This document shows, piece by piece, positions 54,905-64,000 of a DNA stretch of 64,000 nt. Origin of the DNA: Chrysomallon squamiferum. Taxonomy: Eukaryota > Animalia > Mollusca. The first letter of the stretch is position 1; every line of letters starts with the position of its first letter. The translations under genes and the position numbers were made by a program. The notes beneath the pieces are model-generated. The model saw nothing but the letters and a program-made list of their open reading frames with translations, had not been told where the DNA came from and ran no database searches. The stretch covers positions 24,924,001-24,988,000 of the forward strand of contig CM022679.1 in the NCBI GenBank assembly GCA_012295275.1, written 5' to 3'.

Positions 54905-55332
54905 CAGGGCTAAAAATTCATGTTTTCTGATATAATACTAAATTTGGCACATTAAAATTACTATATTTTGTTGTTATGTAAGCGCTAAACAAACATGTTC
55001 ATTTCGATTTTCTTTGTTGGCAATCTGGTTCATAGAAATGGGTCAATCCCCTCTTGACTTCAGGCCAGACAAGTCACCATAAACCACGATGTGTCGAATA
55101 TATACGGATTGGAATGTTTTCTACGCTTTTGAAACCAGTTTAAACTAATTCTGGATAGCCAGACGATTTGTTTTAATTTTTTTTTTATTTCGGTAATGTT
55201 TTGCTCGTTGATTATTTAGATTAATAAAATTTTGGAAATATTTGACGCGAATCCAAATGGATTCGGAGTTTTATGTTTGCGCGAATCCTAGTGCGAATCG
55301 GCTTCGGAGATTCGATCGAATTTTTAGCCGTG
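54905..55332. mobile_element. Possible hAT-like MITE
   Basis: Short TIRs CAGGGCTAAAAATTC / GAATTTTTAGCCGTG. No clean 8-bp TSD. Confidence 0.45.
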
Positions 55333-55731
55333 TGTAACATGTATACCTACACACATACAAAGATGCACTCATACAAAAACACTTTAAAATCTGTACATAT
55401 ATTTGTACAAATATTTGTCTTTTCGGCAGAGCATACTTATAACAAAGATGGATTTAATTTCACTCTTCATACTTAAAAAGAAAGAAAAAATAAGTTATTT
55501 TATCAAATTATATATATATATATATACTCACTTTGTCCATTTCTATTTTAGGAAACTAAACCGTTGAGACTATGGAACTAAGGAGCCTTGCGAGATTCTT
55601 CTGAATTCTCTTCACTGAAATAACAAAACCCGTTTTCTGTTACTGTTGGTACTAATAATTAAATTTAAAAACTGCAAGTATAACAGTTTTAAAAAGTGTA
55701 TTCAAATTTAAAAAGGAAGGCAAAACCAACG

Positions 55732-55782
<51 letters not shown>

Positions 55783-55869
55783 TTTTTAATTTAAATACTT
55801 TTTATTACGTATAAGTAAATCCTGACTTCAGCGGTAGTAAATAACAAATTGAAAACGGTAGAAATAAAA

Positions 55870-55907
<38 letters not shown>

Positions 55908-56325
55908 CATAACCATAATTTTTTTTTAAAAATCGCATTAAAATGATTGTTCCATAAAACGATCAACTGACAGTACTAAACACCTGCTAATGCCTTTTAT
56001 GTTTTATGGTATCAGAAAACAAATCATATATTTAAATAGAAACTAATAGTTTAGCATACCTGATCATTCTTTGTTAATTATTTTCAGTGAAAATCCCTCA
56101 ATAATGACCATTTGCAACAATGAACATTTGGGAACAGTTTTGTAAGAAAGACTGCTTTTTCTTCTGTTTAAATTTAGTATCCCAGGACGATATTGGGGGA
56201 GGGGAAAAAACTAAAAACTAATAATCCATTGGCTAGTTGTTCTAAAAAGAAGCGAACATTTATGTCATAGAGTTATCGGTTCGTTGATGTAACAGGGTAA
56301 CTGGAACAAAGTAAATGTTTAGGTA

Positions 56326-57010
56326 CAGTATACCCTCACCTGTTCGCGGTTCCCCATTCGCGGCCCCGCATATTCGCGGGTTAGGCTCTTAACCCTATCG
56401 TATCGTATGCTGGTATACCAGGCGAGCGTCATAACGTCATAAAAACAAATGCTCGGTAAACCGCACAAACAATATCAAATTTTTTCAATTATTATTGCAA
56501 TACAGTACGTATTTTTTTTATAAATGCATACACTGTATGTACAGTGCATATTTTTTGTGACCGTGTATTAATAATGTTTTTAATTGCATATTATTACCTG
56601 TACTGCATTTATCTTTAAATTTGTTCCACTTTCTGTCAATTCTAATACATATGTTGTACGCATAGAAAATGACTTTACGGTACAGTAATACAGTATGGGT
56701 AACTATGCTATGCGGTGTTACTGTCCTCCTGTACTTAGGTTTCTTTCTGATTAAAATATTGTTTCAGTACAAAATTAAAATGTGTTTACATTATCATTAC
56801 TACATTAGTGAAATACATAACTGCATGCAATATTACTACATTATTACTGTATTAATGAGTAAGAGTGTCTTTAGAAAGTGTTTGGGAAGCATTTAGTACC
56901 GTATATAATCTCATAATAGACGTTTTAAAACTGCATCCAATATTCGCGGTTTTTCGCAATTCGCGGGTGGGGTAAAGAACGTAACCCCCGCGAATAGCGA
57001 GGGTTTACTG
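56326..57010. mobile_element. Tigger/pogo-like MITE (685 bp) just upstream of the TRPM gene
   Basis: TA-flanked TIRs CAGTATACCCTCACCTGTTCGCGG / CCGCGAATAGCGAGGGTTTACTG, with subterminal TTCGCGG repeats. Confidence 0.82.
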
Positions 57011-57328
57011 TACTGTTTTTATCGTTTTTTTGTTTTGTTTTTTATTTTTTTTTCATTTCCAGCTTCAGTGTGTAAAAACCAGTAGTCGTAAATATCTCGA
57101 ATTAAAAATAAATAAATAAATAAATAAATTATAAAAATAAAAAAATAAATAAATAAATACTAAAAATAAACAAATAAATAAATAAAAATAAAGGTTATGC
57201 CTGCAAAGTCATTTATGTTTTCCTCTATTGTATTCAAACAAATATTGTAGAACTAAACTTTTTTGCTAAAATTTGACTAGCGTCATATCACTTAAATTGT
57301 TGTTTTCTTTTGAAAAATCTAACTGATC

Positions 57329-57377
<49 letters not shown>

Positions 57378-59129
57378 TGAGAATTCATTTTTGGTAGTTA
57401 TTTTTTTTTTATATATATATATATATAGCAAGATAGATCCTATTAACCATTGCAGGTGCATAAAACAGCAATCGGAATGAAAGAAGAATAACACTTGATG
57501 AAACCGAGATTATGAAGTATTAAACTTGAGAACAATATAATAGATGTACAACAGAAGAAATAAATATGATAAATGTTATTTTTCGGTAATACAGCTGTCT
57601 AACAATTTGTCCGATGCGGAATAATACATAACAAATACCATATTTATTAAATAAATTACTTTATATATCTGGGTTTTTTCTTCTATACCCTGAAGTATGC
57701 GTTCTTTATTTTATGATAAAATTCTCTATGTTTATATCTTAGACGTTTAAAATTTTATTCAAACAGGGAACTATTTGTTTGAATGAACTGACGTGAGATA
57801 AACTGTTCGCTGACTTTATTCCAGTGTCGTTGGATTAAATTACTCAATAAATTAGATAAGGTGATCGTCGCAGTTGTTTGAGTGTAAGAATATTTTCCAC
57901 CAGTAGCGTGGACCAACGGGAACGATAACTCGTGACTCTGTATCTTTTGTCACCCGTGGAACACCGGCAGCAAGAAAAGTTAATACATCTAGAAATTGCA
58001 CTTTCAGTTTATTATGCACACATTTGCACAAATTTGCACAAATATAATCCAGTTTGAAAAGTTTGATTACGGCAAAAATTACAATACTGTATTAAATCTA
58101 CTGTGATATCAGTTGTCTGGAGTTTGGCTTTATTATAAACACTTAAGCATTAAATTAAGGTCTGTAATAATTATAATGATGGTGTTCATCAACTTTATGA
58201 CAATGAAAACAGTAAATAAACTGAATTATAGCATTTGTCGCTGATGTTTAGATGACAGTTTATGACTATATACAATTAGTTAATTTTTTTTTTTTTTAAA
58301 ACACGATTATCACGAACAAATAATTATATGAGTAGCAGACATAAGATATCTGTGTATAATATAGAGATATAAATACAATATAAAATAAGATACGTATATA
58401 TATATATATATTATAGATATAGATGTATAGCTATATGGACAAATAAATATATTAAATCATAATCAAATTAGTTTTTGAAACAAAACAAATACTGAACACT
58501 AAATTTTTCCATCATATAGAAGAACCATGTATAAAGAGCAACAGGTAGCAACAAAAACATACATAGAAGACATACAAATTAAATAAAACATTTGAAGCAA
58601 ACAAAACATAATTAAAATATATATATATATATTTTAAAGTTAGTTTGGATTTGATGCTGTCAACTTGACTTGGAGGACAGAGCTAAGAGTCTACACACAA
58701 CAGTTGATGTGGCATGGACTACAATGGGCCTCTTGATGGTTTCTGCTTTAACACATTTTGTAAAAATTCTCAGATTAGGGTAAAATAATATAAAATTTTC
58801 TTTTCTTTTTTTCTTTTTTTCGTTTTTCTTTTTGGTTATTAATATCATAATTAATATTGGAGGTATTAATTGTAATTTTTGCCAAAATAAAATATATTTT
58901 TGGGGTAGGATGGGTCTTCAGTTTTTTAAACTAGATAAAAGTGGCATCAATATATTTTAAATATGTAATTTATCTTTTAGCAGAAAGTTGAACAGATTTT
59001 AGAATAGTTAACTGAGAGTCAGTCAGCATTTCCACTTTATTTTATTAAATTTTAGGATGATCAGTGAAAAAGTTAATAACTTCCTAAAGGTGCCAAAAAT
59101 CATGTAATATAAAATTATTGTAATAATTA

Positions 59130-59585
59130 AAGAAGTTAAATAGATTATTATGATAGATAAAGAAATTACATACAAAAGTTATTGTTATATAATAAAGAAG
59201 TTATATATATTATTATAGATAAAGAAGTTACATATATTATTATAGATAAAGAAGTTACATATATTATTATAGATAAAGAAGTTACATATATTATAGATAA
59301 AGAAGTTACATATATCACTATGGATAAAGAGGTTACATATATTACTATATATAAAGAAGTTACATATATTACTATAGATAAAGAAGTTACATATATTACT
59401 ATGGATAAAGAAGTTACATATGTTATGGATAAAGAAGTTACATATATTATTATTGATAAAGATGTTACATGTATTACTATAGATAAAGAAGTTACATGTA
59501 TTACTATGGATAAAGAAGTTACATGTATTATTATAGATAAAGAAGTTACATACAAAACTGTACTAAATAAAGAAGTTAGATACAT
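59130..59585. repeat. 27-bp (some 24-bp) minisatellite, ~16 copies of atagataaagaagttacatatattatt
   Basis: Direct tandem units that produce the DKEVTYIII / YVTSLSIII ORFs on both strands. Confidence 0.95.
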
Positions 59586-60728
59586 TATTTTTTTTAGATG
59601 AAATAATGATGTAGATTAGGGTCATTTCATACCAAAAGAACCAAATTCCAGAAAATTTTCCAATTTTGATATAATTTCACTCATTTGTGCATCTGTAGAT
59701 ATGATGGACATTTGCAAAATTTTAGGATTTAGTTTTGAGATTAAGGCTGATCAAATGTAGGACATATTGCTACACTTGTGAGTATGTAATATCTTCATTT
59801 ATTATAAAGATAACGAGCTGAAATTTGCTATGTTACATATTTCATACCTCCCAGAATTTAGAAATGAACAGTTTTTGATCAGGAGACATCTAAAGTTATG
59901 ATTTTCATCATCTTATACATATATTTTTGGTATTTTTGAGGTCTTTACTTTATGATTATTTGTTTAAGATACAAACTGTTGATTGACTTGATGTATATAC
60001 CTATGAATGTTTCTTCATGGAGAAGATTATCTGAATCCAGTAATATATTTTATTTAGTTAAGGTCCTGTTTTGAGAAATGAATAAACAACAGCTACAATT
60101 GTACTAAATTAAATAGTAATGATAAATTTAATTAATTACAAAATAATAAATTTAATTAGTTCAACAGTAATAATAAATTCAATAATTTCGGTTAAAAATG
60201 ATTATTAATTCTTATGTGTGAGAATTTTTGTTTTGAATTTATGAATAATGAATAAATAAATTTAATAACTAAAGTTGTAGTAGTAATAATTATTTACAGC
60301 ATGAATATTTGGATCATAATGGATCATAATTTATACAGGAAATATTAAAACACTAATTCTTAAAACGTGGATTCCTGGAAGCCATCATTTATTTATATTC
60401 TAGTACCTTTATTATTATTTATCTAGTTATTGATGATTATTATTATTATTATTATTGTTTTTATACTGTAGGTAGATTTGCAGTAATTGTGTTCTGCCTT
60501 AAATACATTTGTTAATATTTTCAGCTAATTAAAAACTGTATTTTACAACATTTTATTAACATACGTTTATTTAGCAAATTTAAAGCACATAATTATTTCT
60601 GAATTTAAATATATAATCCTGTCTATCTCTAGGTGATACTTTAGACATTGTACTTTGCAAAATCAAGTTTAACAATAACTGATCTGGTAGGCTACTACTG
60701 CATTATAAATATTATTTAACATTTTTAG

Positions 60729-60832
60729 ACCACTTTATATAGCTTGAACCACATCATGATGGCAATGGGTCCAGATATTCAGTATCAAAATGCTCAAAAC
60801 TGGTTTAAAAATTGTCGGTAAACAACAGATTG
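60729..60832 (+). pseudogene. Isolated pseudo-exon of lysosomal alpha-mannosidase (GH38, MAN2B1-like)
   Basis: ttttag|TTLYSLNHIMMAMGPDIQYQNAQNWFKN…VNNRL|gtaagt, compared with the family motif [34 protein letters not shown]. A frameshifting deletion removes LDKLI. Confidence 0.75.
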
Positions 60833-62138
60833 GTAAGTTTTATGTTTTAGTGTTTAGATTGAACAACATGTTAATATATTATTTTTTATGAATTCAAACA
60901 TTTAAAAAAAAGAAGAAATAGTATAAGCTTCTTTTAAAATTTGTTCAGGTTTTATTTTCTTTAAATCAGCCACAGATTAATTACTTGTTTAGAGATGATA
61001 GTGTTGTTGTTGTTGTTGTTATGATGATTATTGTTAACAAAAGAAATTAATATAGAAGGAATAATAATGACAATGAGTACACAACTGGTTTCTATATAAT
61101 CTTTCTGTTTTATGAAGGAATACCTCATTGATTATGTATATCTCTCAAACAGAAATTTTTATATTTCTAAAATATAATATGTTAAAATAATCTATTTCAA
61201 TTTACATCCACTGAAATCAATTTATTTATATATTAATTACATTAAAAATGGAAATAAATTAAAATTGAAATAATTTTTATCAGATAATAGAATATTTGTG
61301 AACAAAACGTTTGTATAGTAAAAATATTAATAAACAAAATAAAACAGACAATTTTCTTCACTACTTACTGAAACTATTAATACAATTTTTGAAGTAAAAC
61401 ATCACTCATTTCTCATCTTTATCCTTTATTGTAAAATAAATACATATATTGCACCTTTTTATTTTATTTTTTACTAAATTGCATTAGAACAAATGTATAT
61501 AACGTACAGCTCACATGGGACTGACTATATGGATACGTCTTACAATATTGTTTTTGGTTTATTTTTTTAATATATTTTTTATAATATATACAAAAAAAAC
61601 CTGCATAACTCAAATAGATATTCTATTACTGATGTACTGAAACAGGGGATTCTTAATAACTTTATCAAAAATTGTTTCTTTTTAAACAGAAGAATTTCAT
61701 GAAGCACTTTTGTTCACTTGTTAGGGAAACTTCTGCTATACAAACAAAATCAGTTGAAGATTCCGAAATCTTATGGACACATCTACTCCAGGAAGAGAAT
61801 TGTTTTTTTAAAGATTTGTGTGCACAAAGCAGCTTCTTATGGATCAGAAAATTAAAACTTCTGAATATGTAGCTTCTTTCAACAGCTGCTGTGATTCATC
61901 AAACAGGCACGAACTCTGACTGATTATTTTATCTTGGGAAAAATGTTTATGAAAGAATAGCTCAAGCTTTAATACTGTGCATTCCAAGTAGATAATCATA
62001 GTTTATTGGAGAATAGAGGATATTTATAAGTATATTAATTGATATAACTTTGTTCATGTAAAAGAGTAAAACAAATAATAATCTTATTAAGAAGAATAAA
62101 ACCACCAACAATGTTTCTGTTGTAAAGGTAGTTCAAAC

Positions 62139-63814
62139 TTAAGCAGAAGCATCAAAGAATTTCTCCAGAAGCTCTCCCACTTGTTCCTCTGTGTATTTTA
62201 TGTATTTCTGAGGGTTTCTTGTGAAGTTGACATTCTTGAACTTGTTGAGAAATATTTGATATCTGAGAAGAATGTATTTCTTATTGTCCTCTATTAGCGA
62301 CTGTCGCAGCTCTGGATCAGGAATGGCATATCCCTTCTGGATGCGATAAATTTCTTCAAGCTCTTTGTTGAAGCCCTGAAAATAACATCAGTTTTTATTT
62401 TGTTTCACAAATCATCATCCAAAATAAATATGAAAAAATTCTCAAAGTTAAATAACCATTAGATACATGTATTTGATATGATTGAAACATTATAAAAATG
62501 GCTGGGCTAATTACCAAATATCTTTAAATATGAAATTAACACATTTCTTCATATGCCTTTCCTGGAATGATAATAACCTACAAACTATGCCAGTAAAAGT
62601 TTTGGTTTCTAATACTTGGGGTGATTTCAACTGACAGTATAATTGCTGGTATATATATTTATGTATCTGTACTACAACAATATGATAAGCACATATGTTT
62701 AATCTTACCGTGAACTTATCTTTGATGTTTTGCTTATCTTTGTCCTTCAGCTGAAAAAAAGAAGAAGATTAAACAATGTTACTCATGAAAACAGAATAAT
62801 AACAGATAACTGGATGACCCAATCCAGTATGTATATCAATAAATGTTGATGCAAGTGATTGTGTAATAATATCTCTGAAAACAAACATGGTATTTAATAC
62901 TGAAAGGTCTTACAACTTTTGGTAATAAAATGTATACTCTTTGTTCACAGATACATGGTTTTGTTTATATTTATTTTGACTTGGTATATTTGACGGAATA
63001 GGTAATAGTAGTGTTGTTAATATTATAAAAAGTTTTGCCAGTGAATAGAGTACTGTGTGGTCCTACAGTGAGAAAAACAGTTACAGTACCTTTACAACAT
63101 CACCCTGTGTTCTTTGAAGAGATATAGGCTTGTCCACCTCCATTATGAAGTGCAAAACTTTGTTCCAACTACAATATTCAATAAATTGCAATAAAAAAAA
63201 ATTAATTCACTTTTAATTTCTGTCTGAATAAAAGCATTGTAATAGTTGAATACTAACTTCTGTGATGTAAATTGTTTTTGTTTTTTTTGTTTTAAAAGGG
63301 ATGACTATCACATTTGGTACATTTAATCCTGTTTGTGAGTAGGTACATTTAAAAAAAGAATTCCTATTTCTAAATTGTAAGAATTTCCAAGTAAACTGAT
63401 TATACATAAAATAACTAATTAATTTCTTGTGCTATTGTTAAACATTCGTTAATCACCTAATTTCTAGCTGCAGAATGACAAGAAATAAATAGATTCTTAT
63501 TTAACAAACATTACTATAATTTAAAAACCTATCATATAATAATAATATGTCCATTAAAGAATAGCATACTGGCATATGTGAAAGCAATGTATAAAATTAT
63601 TTGTAGTGAGCATCTCATGGTAGCAAGAAAACTTTCTTAGGTAATTATGTTATGCAGAAAGGTATAAAAAAAAAAAAAATTCAGTAGATGAGGCGTTGAT
63701 TCATCTCACTTGTCTCACCTCTCTGAGTAACTGCGTTTCTGCTCTATAATCTGCTCCTCGTAATACTCTTCAACTTTTGGATTCCACTCCAGTAAGAGCT
63801 GTATCAACCCAGAA
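62139..63814 (-). CDS. EXOC7: Exocyst complex component 7 (Exo70), last four coding exons; the gene continues beyond the window
   Basis: Exons 63719-63814, 63090-63168, 62709-62750, 62139-62375 splice to SGLIQLLLEWNPKVEEYYEEQIIEQKRSYSESWNKVLHFI…KLKDKDKQNIKDKFTGFNKELEEIYRIQKGYAIPDPE…FTRNPQKYIKY…FFDASA*, matching the metazoan Exo70 C-terminus. Confidence 0.93.
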
Positions 63815-64000
63815 CTAAAATTATAAATACACATTGAGTAATGCAGCTGAATAATTAAATTATTATTCATAAATTAAAACTTAGCCTAAAAAATTTGTAT
63901 TAATATTGGTATTTATTTATGTACAAATTTTTAATAAAATAAATGTTCCAAAAAAAACCCAAACTGAAACAAAAATAAATAAAGGCAGATTTACACATTT

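Noticed and set aside
58660-58760. GC-richer exon-like patch
   Set aside because: No recognisable protein motif or clear splice pair.
59166-59601. Overlapping 139-aa ORFs on both strands
   Set aside because: Produced by a 27-bp minisatellite whose unit length is a multiple of three, with no other coding evidence.

Overview
AT-rich, intron-rich, microsatellite-rich animal genomic DNA. It looks like an invertebrate, plausibly a mollusc or other lophotrochozoan (inference only). There is no prokaryotic operon, CRISPR array or RNA gene. Manual splicing gives four genes: (1) the 3' end of an unrecognised + strand gene built from tandemly duplicated exon cassettes and a 42-bp-repeat coiled-coil last exon (1-5182); (2) a complete 14-exon PRIMPOL gene (+, 14868-23758, about 578 aa); (3) a divergent TRPM2-like channel gene (-, about 54.4-36.7 kb) with no NUDT9H domain, a frameshifted N-terminal exon and substitutions at the pore glycine and Ca2+-site residues; (4) the last four exons of EXOC7/Exo70 (-, 62139-63814). 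The PRIMPOL/EXOC7 tail-to-tail junction is present twice, flanking a ~36 kb block that holds the TRPM gene, so an orphan, protein-identical EXOC7 last exon sits at 24932-25168. Also present are an orphan lysosomal alpha-mannosidase pseudo-exon, Sola-like, pogo and Tc1/mariner elements, MITEs, (TA)n-centred palindromes and a 200-N gap. All homology calls come from motif recognition by eye, not database searches.
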